This document shows positions 8,712 through 18,365 of a stretch of 32,000 bases of DNA, piece after piece. The notes below the pieces were generated by a model. It worked only from the letters and a program-made list of their open reading frames with translations, was not told the origin of the DNA and searched no databases. How positions within the stretch are numbered: position 1 is the first letter of the stretch; the number at the start of each line of letters is the position of its first letter. This stretch comes from Methanococcus maripaludis (lineage in GTDB: Archaea; AGJL01; Methanococci; Methanococcales; Methanococcaceae): positions 1,530,001-1,562,000 of the forward strand of contig NZ_CP026606.1 in the NCBI RefSeq assembly GCF_002945325.1. Reading direction: 5' to 3'. The translations under genes were made by a program, and so were the position numbers.

Positions 8712-10883
8712 TTATTTCCAAGGATCGTATCTTTTTAAAAGAAGAGACAATCCAATAATCGTTATGGAGCTCAGGGTCATTGCAAAAGCTGCAAGTTCAG
8801 GTTCAAATCTGATGTTATACGAATAAAGGGCACCTGCTGCAACAGGAATCAAAATCGAGTTATAGGCAAAAGCCCAGAATAAATTTAATTTTATCTGTTT
8901 TAACACCCGTTTACTCAATTTTACAAATCCTGTAACGTATTTCAAATCGTCATTCATTAAAACGACTTCACCACTTTCAATTGCAATATCCGTTCCGCTC
9001 CCAACGGCAATTCCAACGTCTGCGGTAGAAAGAGCTGGCGCATCATTTATTCCATCACCAATAAATTCAACGTAACCGTTTGCATTTTCTTTAATTGATT
9101 TAACAATTTCCGACTTTTTTTCAGGTAGCACGTTTGAAAATATATGATTTTCCAAAATACCAACTTCTTTTCCAATTACTTTTGCGGCTTTTTCATTGTC
9201 CCCCGTAACCATGTATGATTCTATTCCCATTTCGCGCAAATTTTGAACCGTGATTTTTGCATTTTCTTTTATTTTATCGGATATTCCAATTATTCCAATT
9301 ATTCTGTGTTCAATAGCAACAATTATCACGGTTTTTGCGTTTTCTTCTAATCGGGATATTTCTTTAGTATAATCTTCATTTATTGAAATATTATTTTCTT
9401 CCATAAGGCGCCTGTTTCCAACAAGAACCTTTTGGTCCTTTATTATTCCAGTAATTCCCATTCCTGTAATCGATTCAAATTTTTCAGGTTCAGAAAGTGA
9501 AATATTTAATTCGTCTGCTTTTTTAAGAATTGCAAGTGCTAATGGGTGTTCAGAGTTTTTTTCAAGAGTTCCCGCAATTAATAAAACTTCTTCTTTGGAA
9601 TAATCTGAAATTATTTCATCAACTTCGGGTTCTCCTTTTGTAATGGTTCCGGTTTTATCAAAAATCATGCATTTGAGGTTTCCTGCAACATCAAATACTT
9701 TGCTGTCTTTAATTAAAATACCGAGTTCTGCACCCCTTCCAACTCCAACGGTTATTGCGGTAGGCGTGGCAAGTCCAAGGGCACAAGGGCATGCAATTAC
9801 CATTACTGAAATAAATGTCGTTACTGCAAGTAAAATTCCGCCGTTAAAAAACCAGTAAAGTGAAGAAATAAGTGCAATTGTAAATACCACAGGTATAAAG
9901 TAAGAAACTGCTTTATCAGCCAGATTTTGAATATCTGGTTTTGAAATTTGGGCATTTTTAACAAGCTGGATTATTTGGGATAGCACTGTATCTTTTCCAA
10001 TTTTTTCAGCAGTTATTTTTAAAATCCCATTTTTATTTATTGTTCCCCCGATTACTGAATCTCCTTTTTTCTTCGGATTTGGGATTGGCTCTCCAGTAAT
10101 CATTGATTCATCAACGTAAGAATCGCCCTCAAAGACAATTCCATCAACCGCAATCTTTTCTCCAGGGCGGATTAATAGGGTATCTCCGACAATCACGTTT
10201 TCAATTGGAATTTCCAGTTCTTCGTTATTTCGAATGACTTTCGCGTTTTTTACCTGTAAACCCATTAATTTTTTAATCGCTTCAGAGGTTCTACCCTTTG
10301 CACGTTCTTCTAAGTATCTACCAAGAGTCAAAAGTGTTGCAAGCATTATTGTTGTATCGTAAAACATAAAGTTCATTGGAAGCAGTCCCAAAGTTACAAG
10401 CAGTGCCGAGATATATGCAACCCCCATTCCAAGAGAATACATAACATCCATGTTTAGGGACTTAACTTTAAGCGAATTAAATCCTGCTTTAAAAATCGGC
10501 AGTGCAATGTATATCAAAGGCGGAATCGACACTAAAAATGCTAAATACGGTTTATATGGGATTTGAATATACATAATTGAAAACAGTGTAATTGAAAAAA
10601 CTGCCCCAACAATTATTTTTTTAAGTTTTTCTTTTAGTTCAGTTTCTTTATTGGGTAATTCTTCAACTTCTTCTGCAATTCCAAGGACTTCATAGCCTAA
10701 CCTTTCAATTTTTATCCCGATATCTTCGATATTAACGATTTTTGGATCAAAATTAATAACTGCGCTTTCGTCCAGTAAATTCACAACTATACTTTCAACA
10801 CCGTCCATCTTAGAAACAGATTTTTCAATCGTTTTTACACAGACTGCGCAAGTCATTCCAGAAATTTTTAGTTTTACTTCCAT
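8712..10883 (-). CDS. copA: Cu+-exporting P1B-type ATPase with one N-terminal HMA domain
   Basis: GMTCAVC HMA motif; VIACPCALGLATP (CPC), DKTGTITKGEP phosphorylation loop, EHPLA, GDGINDAPALSTADVGIA hinge motif. Confidence 0.95.
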   Translation of the reverse strand: MEVKLKISGMTCAVCVKTIEKSVSKMDGVESIVVNLLDESAVINFDPKIVNIEDIGIKIERLGYEVLGIAEEVEELPNKETELKEKLKKIIVGAVFSITLFSIMYIQIPYKPYLAFLVSIPPLIYIALPIFKAGFNSLKVKSLNMDVMYSLGMGVAYISALLVTLGLLPMNFMFYDTTIMLATLLTLGRYLEERAKGRTSEAIKKLMGLQVKNAKVIRNNEELEIPIENVIVGDTLLIRPGEKIAVDGIVFEGDSYVDESMITGEPIPNPKKKGDSVIGGTINKNGILKITAEKIGKDTVLSQIIQLVKNAQISKPDIQNLADKAVSYFIPVVFTIALISSLYWFFNGGILLAVTTFISVMVIACPCALGLATPTAITVGVGRGAELGILIKDSKVFDVAGNLKCMIFDKTGTITKGEPEVDEIISDYSKEEVLLIAGTLEKNSEHPLALAILKKADELNISLSEPEKFESITGMGITGIIKDQKVLVGNRRLMEENNISINEDYTKEISRLEENAKTVIIVAIEHRIIGIIGISDKIKENAKITVQNLREMGIESYMVTGDNEKAAKVIGKEVGILENHIFSNVLPEKKSEIVKSIKENANGYVEFIGDGINDAPALSTADVGIAVGSGTDIAIESGEVVLMNDDLKYVTGFVKLSKRVLKQIKLNLFWAFAYNSILIPVAAGALYSYNIRFEPELAAFAMTLSSITIIGLSLLLKRYDPWK

Positions 10884-10898
10884 AAAAACTACCCAAGT

Positions 10899-11117
10899 TT
10901 AATTAGCCAATTTTTCTGCAGGATATAGCTCAAAAGCTTCATTTTTTAAAATTTCTTCTTCATTCACTATTTTTTCATCGTAAGTTATAATTCCAATACC
11001 TGCTTCTAAGTCGATATCAACATTTATTACGCCTTCAAGCTCACTTAAAAGATTTTTAATGGTTTTTACACACATCTGGCAACTCATTCCAGTTATTTTT
11101 AATTTTAATTCCTCCAT
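10899..11117 (-). CDS. copZ: Heavy-metal-associated domain protein, CopZ-like copper chaperone
   Basis: MEELKLKITGMSCQMCVKTIKNLLSELEGV. ATG at 11117 preceded by ggtga; track start at 11192 is an over-extension. 15 nt upstream of copA. Confidence 0.85.
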   Translation of the reverse strand: MEELKLKITGMSCQMCVKTIKNLLSELEGVINVDIDLEAGIGIITYDEKIVNEEEILKNEAFELYPAEKLAN

Positions 11118-11243
11118 CCGATTCACCACACAAAATTTAATTAAATATATTATGATTGTGCAACTATATAACACTTCCATATATATCAACAATAAACTAA
11201 AAAATTATCGTTAGTTTGGGAATAAAATGTTAAAAAAGATTGA

Positions 11244-11558
11244 TTATTTAATAATATTAAGAATCCAATTTTTGAATTCATCATTTGAATCATCGATATT
11301 TATTTTTAAGATTGCAGGAGTTTCAAGAGGATGAATTTCATTAATCATATCTTTTAATGAAATCCATCTGTTTTCGGTAGTTTTTAAAAATGCACCGATT
11401 TCTGTATTTATTGAAACGTCACCATCGTTAAAATAGTGTGCTTCATGCTCTCTTAAGTTTGCGCAGGCTATCATTTTTTTCTCCAAAAGATAACCTACAA
11501 TAGATTTTGCAGTTTCAAAGTTTGGAAATGTTGTATAAACAAGAGTTGGTTTTTCCAT
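11244..11558 (-). CDS. cutA: CutA1 divalent-cation tolerance protein
   Basis: 104 aa; VYTTFPNFETAKSIVGYLLEKKMIACANLR...EIGAFLKTTENRW..L...I.EIHPLETPAILKI: CutA1 family pattern. Confidence 0.93.
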   Translation of the reverse strand: MEKPTLVYTTFPNFETAKSIVGYLLEKKMIACANLREHEAHYFNDGDVSINTEIGAFLKTTENRWISLKDMINEIHPLETPAILKINIDDSNDEFKNWILNIIK

Positions 11559-11582
11559 AATATTGCCCCCCCAATATTTTTA

Positions 11583-12746
11583 TTACATTTCAGCAAGTTT
11601 TTTTCCAAATTCTTGACATTTTTTAAGGTGTTTTTCATTGGGAACAAATCTACATGTTAGGCATTCGTCATCCACGGTGTCAAAAGATAATATGTCAAAA
11701 GTATTTTTAATATGTTTTGTAGCACTTTCTGCCCAACCGTAAGAACCAAAAGCAGCCGCAATTTTTTTGTTTGGTTTTAAACCTTCCATGTATTTTAAAA
11801 ATCTGGCGACTTCAGGGTATAAATTAATATTAAGAGTTGGGGATCCCACAAGCACGTATTTTGCATCCAAAATTTCAGCTATTATTTTACTTACTGGAGT
11901 TTTAGATATTTTAAAAACTTTAACTTCAACACCGCTTTCAATTAATCCTTCTGCAATAGCAAGTCCGATTTTTTCAGTTGAGCTGTACATTGTGTCGTAT
12001 ACAATAACAGCCTTATTAATAACGTTGTTTGATGCAAATTCTAGATATTTTTCTTTAATTTTTGAAATATTTTCTTTCCAGATGATGCCATGTGACGGGC
12101 ATATTAAATCTGTTTCAAGAGTATCGACCGTTTTAACTGCATTTGGAATAAGCGTCCTGTATGGAAGCAGTATGTTTGCAAAGTACTCTTTTGCAGAATC
12201 CAGCGCATAATCGATTTCAAAGTCAAACCTTTCACTTGATGCTATGTGCTGGCCGAATGCATCGTTTGAGAAGAGTATTTTATCTTCGGGGCAGTAAGTT
12301 ACCATGTTGTCAGGCCAGTGAAGCATTGGAGTTTTGACAAACGTTAAATTTCTTTTTCCAATATTTACTGAATCTCCAGAATCAACGATTATATATTCCC
12401 AATCTTTTGTATTGTAGTGTAATTCAAGATGTTCTTTTGCTTTCTGGTTTGTTATAATTTTAGCTTTTGAAATTTCCATGATTTTTTCTAAAGAACTGCT
12501 GTGGTCCATTTCAACGTGGTTTACCACAATATAGTCTATTTTTTCAGGATCGACGACTTTTTTAATTCTCCCGTAAAATTCATCAAAAAGATATTTTTTT
12601 ACAGTATCTATTAAAACAATTTTTTCATCTTTAATAAGATACGAATTGTAGCTGGAACCGTCTTTAGTTTCATAGCCGTGAAATTCTCTGATATTCCAGT
12701 CGATCGCCCCTACCCAATAGACGCCTTCTTTTAAAGTAAATGCCAT
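11583..12746 (-). CDS. fprA: F420H2 oxidase (flavodiiron protein FprA)
   Basis: Beta-lactamase-type di-iron site VVNHVEMDHSSSL, SPTLHWPDNM region and a C-terminal flavodoxin domain (VIVYDTMYSSTEKIGLAIAEGL). ATG at 12746 after aggtg. Confidence 0.93.
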   Translation of the reverse strand: MAFTLKEGVYWVGAIDWNIREFHGYETKDGSSYNSYLIKDEKIVLIDTVKKYLFDEFYGRIKKVVDPEKIDYIVVNHVEMDHSSSLEKIMEISKAKIITNQKAKEHLELHYNTKDWEYIIVDSGDSVNIGKRNLTFVKTPMLHWPDNMVTYCPEDKILFSNDAFGQHIASSERFDFEIDYALDSAKEYFANILLPYRTLIPNAVKTVDTLETDLICPSHGIIWKENISKIKEKYLEFASNNVINKAVIVYDTMYSSTEKIGLAIAEGLIESGVEVKVFKISKTPVSKIIAEILDAKYVLVGSPTLNINLYPEVARFLKYMEGLKPNKKIAAAFGSYGWAESATKHIKNTFDILSFDTVDDECLTCRFVPNEKHLKKCQEFGKKLAEM

Positions 12747-12783
12747 AAAATACACCTAAAAAAAGTTAAATAAAAGTAATAGA

Positions 12784-13134
12784 TTAAAATTCGATGACTT
12801 TGTAGTCGCTATCGAGATATTTCTTAAGACTGATATGCCCATGAAGGTCATTTTCAATTTTTATTTTTCCTTTAATACTATCTAAAACACCAAACATATT
12901 AGAACATGCTTCACAAGCTATAAAATTATCTTTCAGGGCTTCAACATGACTTTTTAAAGGATGGTCTTCTTTTAATAGTTCATTGAACCATTTTACGGCC
13001 TCTCCTTCAAAAACTATTTTTACATCGTCCCCTTTTTCTTTCATCTCTTTTGCAAAGAGAAGTGCGTGAAATATTACTGGAACGTATGGTTTTCCACCTT
13101 TATCGTAAGTAAATATCAAAAAACAAGTTTTCAT
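12784..13134 (-). CDS. DsrE-family-like small soluble protein
   Basis: 116 aa, HALLFAKEMKEKGDDVKIVFEGEAVKW...FIACEACSNMFGV: DsrE/YchN-like pattern with a CX2C. Confidence 0.7.
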   Translation of the reverse strand: MKTCFLIFTYDKGGKPYVPVIFHALLFAKEMKEKGDDVKIVFEGEAVKWFNELLKEDHPLKSHVEALKDNFIACEACSNMFGVLDSIKGKIKIENDLHGHISLKKYLDSDYKVIEF

Positions 13135-13169
13135 TATTATCCCCCTAAAAAAATTAAATAATGAATGAA

Positions 13170-13358
13170 TTATAGTCTGCTTTCTTCCTGCCTTCTTCCA
13201 GCAATTTTTGGATCGTAGCCTTCAAATCCACATTCTGGAGTATAACAGCTTACATCGTAAAATGTACAGATTTCTCCGCAGTTTGGACATTTTTCAGGAA
13301 CTTTTCCAGCTTCGCCTTCAAATATGTATCCGCAGTTTGAACATTTCCACCATACCAT
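13170..13358 (-). CDS. Rubredoxin-like small iron/zinc protein
   Basis: [13 protein letters not shown]...[29 protein letters not shown]: rubredoxin/rubrerythrin-type knuckles plus extra cysteines. ATG at 13358 has a well-placed aggtg RBS. Confidence 0.75.
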   Translation of the reverse strand: MVWWKCSNCGYIFEGEAGKVPEKCPNCGEICTFYDVSCYTPECGFEGYDPKIAGRRQEESRL

Positions 13359-13376
13359 ATCTTTCACCTAATCGAA

Positions 13377-13892
13377 TTATTCATTAGTTTCACTTTGAGG
13401 CGGCGTTCTGACTCTTTGACTGAGTTCACCGTCGAGTACCATCAGGTAATTTATATCTCCGCCTGTTAGTTTCAATTTATCAAGAACATCTCTAAATGAA
13501 GATTCTTCTTCAATCTGTTCATTTACGAACCACTGGAGCATTGAAATTGCTGCATAATCTTTTACTTCATGTGCAATATCCATTAATTTGTGAATTCTTT
13601 GTGTAACGTACTTTTCATGGGTAAGCCCATTTTCAAAGACGTCTATAATAGAATTCCATCTTGGCTCAGGTTTATCAATTGCACCCAACTCAAGAGTTTC
13701 GCCCATGCTGTGTATGTAATTATAAAATTTCATTGCATGGTCAAGTTCTTCCTGAGATTGAACAATAAACCAGTTCGAAATTCCTTTGAATCCATTGGAT
13801 TCTGCATAATTTGACATTGCAAGATATAGGTATGCTGAATAGAATTCTTTATTGATCTGTTCTTCTATTTCGCATCTTAATTTACCATCCAT
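13377..13892 (-). CDS. Ferritin (FtnA-like)
   Basis: 171 aa; EEQINKEFYSAYLYLAMSNYAESNGFKGISNWFIVQSQEELDHAMKFYNYI and EEQIEEESSFRDVLDKLK: ferroxidase-centre ligands. Confidence 0.93.
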   Translation of the reverse strand: MDGKLRCEIEEQINKEFYSAYLYLAMSNYAESNGFKGISNWFIVQSQEELDHAMKFYNYIHSMGETLELGAIDKPEPRWNSIIDVFENGLTHEKYVTQRIHKLMDIAHEVKDYAAISMLQWFVNEQIEEESSFRDVLDKLKLTGGDINYLMVLDGELSQRVRTPPQSETNE

Positions 13893-13914
13893 ATTTAAAC
13901 CCCCGTTATATGGA

Positions 13915-14181
13915 CTATTTAATACTGCAACTTTTAGAAAGTTTCACTGCCAGATCTTCTGAATTTTTTATCGGAAAATCATTATCATTTACAAATTTAA
14001 CAAGTTCTCCCGCTTCTATTTCCCCACAAGGCATTGAAATTCCACAGGGCAGTGCACTTCCAAGTTCAACTTTATTTTTTATTGGAAATACTTCTTTGTC
14101 TTTAAAGTAATCAGCCAACGCTAATTTGAAATTTTCAATATCTTTTAGCGCTTCGCCAAGAGGATGGTTTGTAGTAATCAT
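13915..14181 (-). CDS. MTH865-family small protein, function unknown
   Basis: 88 aa with two FPIKN repeats and ALPCG..(M)PCGEIEAGE; resembles the MTH865-like family (FPI...EL..ALP.G....C..GDVE..A......DFP). Confidence 0.65.
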   Translation of the reverse strand: MITTNHPLGEALKDIENFKLALADYFKDKEVFPIKNKVELGSALPCGISMPCGEIEAGELVKFVNDNDFPIKNSEDLAVKLSKSCSIK

Positions 14182-14201
14182 TAAATCACCAAATCTGGTT
14201 T

Positions 14202-14558
14202 TTATTCAATTATTACTTCTTTTTCGTATTTCCAAAGCCCATGAAGGTTGCAAAACATTGTTGCAACGAGTTTAATCGTTCTACCTTTGTGTTCTTCATT
14301 TGGAGCTTTTATATTTACTACAACATCTGGTTTGGAGTGCTGTGTTAGCTGAACTCTTAAAAGAGGGTACTCTTCTACATTTAGTTCAATAAACTGGATG
14401 AAGTGCCCGTCTTCCATTGGATGTTCTACCCCTGCAGTATGGATTTTTACTTCGTAGATTTCATCGGGTTTAACTGAAGTTTTGCATTCTATCATTGGAA
14501 CGTGTTTTTTTTCAAAATCAGTTCCTTCTTTAAGTGTTTGAGCACTTACGCAGCTCAT
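14202..14558 (-). CDS. Superoxide reductase (neelaredoxin/desulfoferrodoxin family, single-domain)
   Basis: EKKHVP, VEHPMEDGHFIQFIEL and CNLHGLWK: SOR centre II ligands; no N-terminal desulforedoxin domain. Confidence 0.92.
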   Translation of the reverse strand: MSCVSAQTLKEGTDFEKKHVPMIECKTSVKPDEIYEVKIHTAGVEHPMEDGHFIQFIELNVEEYPLLRVQLTQHSKPDVVVNIKAPNEEHKGRTIKLVATMFCNLHGLWKYEKEVIIE

Positions 14559-14571
14559 TATATCTCCCCAT

Positions 14572-14886
14572 TTATAATTTGCTAACTACTTTCATAGCTT
14601 TTGTAAATGCAGGCATTCCTGAAGTTAATAATACAACCCGCAATGCATCAACTATTTCTTCTTTAGTTATTTTTAATTCATTCATTCCGCTTCTCATCTG
14701 CTTTTCTGTCGCAGTTTCATCCCCTGTCGCTGCAACAATTCCAATAGCAATCAATTTTTGAGTTTTGTAGTCCAAAACTTTTCCAGTGTATGCTGCTTTA
14801 TTCAATCCGACAACTGCATCGTAAATGTCTGGGTAGTCATCTTTTACAAATTTCATTCCTTCTCCGAAAAAAATACCTTCTTTCAT
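14572..14886 (-). CDS. Carboxymuconolactone decarboxylase (AhpD-like) family protein lacking the CxxC
   Basis: 104 aa; LDYKTQKLIAIGIVAATGDETATEKQMRSGMNELKITKEEIVDALRVVLLTSGMPAFTKA matches the CMD fold pattern. Confidence 0.8.
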   Translation of the reverse strand: MKEGIFFGEGMKFVKDDYPDIYDAVVGLNKAAYTGKVLDYKTQKLIAIGIVAATGDETATEKQMRSGMNELKITKEEIVDALRVVLLTSGMPAFTKAMKVVSKL

Positions 14887-14919
14887 AAAATCCCCTCCGT
14901 CTAAGGATTAAATATTATT

Positions 14920-15825
14920 TTATTCCATATTTATTCCAAGCTTTTCAAGTAGCGGGTCTGCAGGAATAAAGTGGAGATCAAGCGCAACTTCTTTTGGAGT
15001 CATACCCATTGCCATACCAAGTAATTGGGCATAGTGAATAACGGGTAACTTGTATTCTCGTCCAAAAGTTTCTTTCATTTCAATCTGACCCCGGTCAAAC
15101 TGTAAATGGCAGAATGGACATACTTCCGTTACACAATCGCCCCCTGCTGCGATTATATTTTTTACTTTGGTTTCAGCCATTTCAAGCGCAACTTCTGGGT
15201 TTCTAGCCCTTACTCCACCACCTGCTCCACAACACATATTTTTGTCTTTATAGTATATTGACTTTGCCCCGATTGCTTCGACAAGTCCGTCAAGTGATTT
15301 TGGAACCTCTGAACTTTCAATATGCTTTACATCAGTAGGCTTTAAGTAGTGGCAACCATAGTGAACTGCAACATTAATGTCGAGCGGCCTTTCTACTCTT
15401 TCAGCAATTTTTTCAGGGCTGTACTCAAAATAAAGTACTTCCGTTAAGTGCCGTACTCTTGATTTTCCAGTATATTCAAGGCCGTGCTTTGATAACACTT
15501 CATTTACCTTATTTCTTGCATTTTCATTATCCTGCAGGATGTGGTTTGCTTCAAATAACGAGCCGTAGCATCCGTTACATATTGTTAAAATGTCCAGATC
15601 GGCCTGTTCTGCCATTACAATATTTCTTGCAGCAATTGTAAGCCAGGTCATTAAGTCAAAAGAACCAAATACTCCCGGTGCAGGACAGCAAGAAGCCTGT
15701 TCAAATGGGTGCAATTGTATTCCAAGTTTATCTAGTGCTTTATAGGTTGCACTTTCAATTCCGGGATACCTATTTGGTGCAATGCATCCTAAAAAAAACA
15801 TGTATTCAAAATCAGTTTCACTCAT
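14920..15825 (-). CDS. hdrB: CoB-CoM heterodisulfide reductase subunit B
   Basis: [43 protein letters not shown]...CPFCHLQFD: two CCG-type cysteine domains. Confidence 0.95.
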   Translation of the reverse strand: MSETDFEYMFFLGCIAPNRYPGIESATYKALDKLGIQLHPFEQASCCPAPGVFGSFDLMTWLTIAARNIVMAEQADLDILTICNGCYGSLFEANHILQDNENARNKVNEVLSKHGLEYTGKSRVRHLTEVLYFEYSPEKIAERVERPLDINVAVHYGCHYLKPTDVKHIESSEVPKSLDGLVEAIGAKSIYYKDKNMCCGAGGGVRARNPEVALEMAETKVKNIIAAGGDCVTEVCPFCHLQFDRGQIEMKETFGREYKLPVIHYAQLLGMAMGMTPKEVALDLHFIPADPLLEKLGINME

Positions 15826-15837
15826 CCTACTTCACCC

Positions 15838-16416
15838 CTATTCCTCAGATTTTTGAACATTTAGTGGTTCTAAGTCCATAGTTTCTCTACAAATTCCAAC
15901 TTTTTTACAGAAATTAAGGTCTTCCATGATATCCCTTACAATTTCCAAAGCTTCGGGGTATTTGTGGGTTGTTGGAGGTATTTCAGTTAATCCAATTGCA
16001 AGCCTTGCTTTTTTGATTTCGTCATTAACGGGAACAGCATGCCCGGTTTTAAATACAAGCAGGCTGGTTTTCCTGTGTGGTTCTGCAATGTATCCTTTTT
16101 CAGCAGCGATATTTCTTATAATTTTAATAATATCAGTTATTTTTACTTCCCTTGGGCATTTTTCGTAGCATTCATAGCACGTAGTGCACATCCACAGGTC
16201 ATCACCTGATAAAATACTGTCAATTCCTGCAAGTGCACTTCTTATTAATTTTCTCGTCCTGAGTGCGGTTATTCTGCCGCTAGGGCATGCCCCAGTACAC
16301 GTTCCGCACTGGTAACATTTTTGAAAAGAAGACGCATGATCTCCGAATATCCATTCTCCAGATTCAATAATCTGTTTTGGAAAATCAGGATTAAATTCAC
16401 TAGATTTTAAAACCAT
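15838..16416 (-). CDS. hdrC: CoB-CoM heterodisulfide reductase subunit C
   Basis: [16 protein letters not shown] and [16 protein letters not shown]: two 4Fe-4S motifs; located 12 nt upstream of hdrB; ggaggtg RBS. Confidence 0.94.
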
Positions 16417-16557
16417 TCGATTTCACCTCCCCGGTATAATTTAATCTTTGTTTTAAAACTTGATATATATTTGCACGTTTGACGTATATATTATACAGCA
16501 GTAAAATAGAGAAAACAAATAATCATTAATAATATAAGTACAGATGACTAGTTACTA

Positions 16558-16575
16558 ATTATCATAATTGATAAT
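16558..16575. repeat. Perfect 7-bp inverted repeat ATTATCA-TAAT-TGATAAT
   Basis: Direct reading of the hdrC/ehbN divergent intergenic region; possible operator. Confidence 0.4.
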
Positions 16576-16643
16576 GATATTTCTAAATTTTAAATTATCA
16601 AAATCAGGATTCATTTAATTTATTTTTGAAAAAGGGAAAAATC

Positions 16644-17771
16644 ATGTACGAAGGAGAAATTGCAATCGGGCCAGTGCACTCTACAATGCTTGAACCTCAC
16701 AGGCTGAGATTATTTATTGAAGATGAGATAGTAAAAGATGCAGAACTTACAATTGGTGTAAATCATAGGGGCGTTGAACGATTAATGGAAGGCCTTCCTG
16801 TTGAAAAAGCATGTATTTTATGCGAAAAAATCTGCGGAATCTGTTCACACATTCACCTCTGGAGTGCGGCAAGGCTTGTTGAAATCGGGTGCAACATCGA
16901 AATTCCAGAACGTGCAAACCACATAAGAATTATCGTGGAAGAATTAGAGCGACTTCATTCTCATACATTACTTTTTGGACACGCTTTTGAAATATTGGGC
17001 CATGAAACAATGTCTATGAGATGTTTCATGTTAAGAGAACCAATCATGCAGGTATTTTTTGAAATTTCAGGAAGCAGGGTTCACTATTCATGCCCGATAA
17101 TTGGCGGAATCAGACCAAGATGTAATATTTCAGATACTCAGATTCCACATATACTTGAAAAAGTTTCAAAATATGAGGAAGGCTTGAATAAATTTCTTGA
17201 AAGAATGTTAAATGACCCGATGATTATTTCAAGAGTAAAAGATGTTGGAGTAATGGATAGAAAAACCGCTGCAAAATTCCACGCAGTAGGGCCTACTGCA
17301 AGAGGTAGCAACGTGAAATCCGACATGAGAAAGTGGGGGTGGGTTCCAGAATATGATCCATACGACTTTGACGAAATATTATTTGACAGCGGAGATGTTT
17401 TTGCAAGGCTTGCTGTTAGGTTTTACGAGTGCCTTGAAAGTGTTAAAATTATAAGGCAGGCGCTTGATGCTTTAAAAGACACTGCAGACAAAAGAATCTA
17501 CAATCCAAATTACGAATTACACGAATTTAAGCCGATAAACTGCTACACCGAAGCTCAAAGGGGAGAGCAGTACTATTCATACGGATTGGATGATGAAGGG
17601 CTTGTAAGGCAGGCAAAAATCAGGACTCCAACTGCAACAAATCTTGGTGCAATGGAAGATATTGTAAAAGGATACCACGTAAGTGATGCAGAATTAATAA
17701 TTGCAAGTTGCGATCCTTGTTTTACATGTACTGATAGGTTGATGGTTTTAAAGGAACCATTTAAGAAATAG
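16644..17771 (+). CDS. ehbN: Membrane-bound [NiFe]-hydrogenase (energy-converting) large subunit, EhbN-like
   Basis: N-terminal [12 protein letters not shown] and C-terminal DPCFTCTDR: both NiFe ligand CxxC pairs present; group 4-type length and pattern. Likely ATG 16644 rather than TTG 16626. Confidence 0.85.
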   Translation: MYEGEIAIGPVHSTMLEPHRLRLFIEDEIVKDAELTIGVNHRGVERLMEGLPVEKACILCEKICGICSHIHLWSAARLVEIGCNIEIPERANHIRIIVEELERLHSHTLLFGHAFEILGHETMSMRCFMLREPIMQVFFEISGSRVHYSCPIIGGIRPRCNISDTQIPHILEKVSKYEEGLNKFLERMLNDPMIISRVKDVGVMDRKTAAKFHAVGPTARGSNVKSDMRKWGWVPEYDPYDFDEILFDSGDVFARLAVRFYECLESVKIIRQALDALKDTADKRIYNPNYELHEFKPINCYTEAQRGEQYYSYGLDDEGLVRQAKIRTPTATNLGAMEDIVKGYHVSDAELIIASCDPCFTCTDRLMVLKEPFKK

Positions 17772-17830
17772 GCACATTAAATAATAAGTATATAATAATC
17801 AATCTTTTTTATACTGTTTCTGGTGGTTTT

Positions 17831-18193
17831 ATGATTGTAAAAGAAGTCATGAACGAAAATTTTTTAAACGTTTCTCCAAGCGATATTGTAGGGGGAGTAG
17901 TTCAGTCGTTATATAAAAATAAAAAAAGCTATGCACCTGTAATTGAAGATGGGGAACTTGTTGGATGGGTTACTGCACTAGATTTACTCACGGGGTGCAA
18001 ACACGTTAAAGTGGAAGAAGCAATGTTATTTTTAGATGAAATTAAAACGATAAATCCGAACGATGAATTATCTGACGAATTAATTTCTGAAATAATAGAA
18101 AATGAAGTTTTTGCGTATCCTGTTGTTGAAAATGATAAAATTGTTGGAACTTTGAGTTCTTTTGATATTTTGAAAAAATTAACCTCCAAATAA
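17831..18193 (+). CDS. CBS-domain protein (CBS pair)
   Basis: 120 aa with two CBS motifs: VKEVMNENFLNVSPSD...YAPVIEDGELVGWVTALDLL and YPVVENDKIVGTLSSFDILK. Confidence 0.85.
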   Translation: MIVKEVMNENFLNVSPSDIVGGVVQSLYKNKKSYAPVIEDGELVGWVTALDLLTGCKHVKVEEAMLFLDEIKTINPNDELSDELISEIIENEVFAYPVVENDKIVGTLSSFDILKKLTSK

Positions 18194-18365
18194 AAATTCT
18201 TTTTTTATTGTATTTTGAACTGTTTAAACTCTTTTTTCTGTTTAATTATATTAGGTATTAGATTTTTTAAGATATATACTATAAATTAAGTTTTTTAATC
18301 GATATAGTGAATAAATTAATATAATATATGTTTCCGATATAAGATTGAAACCCCGAGGTGAGGTT

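Noticed and set aside
11767-12210. 147-aa plus-strand ORF inside fprA
   Set aside because: Antisense to the conserved flavodoxin domain of FprA; no recognisable motif or RBS. Long because of shadow codon usage.
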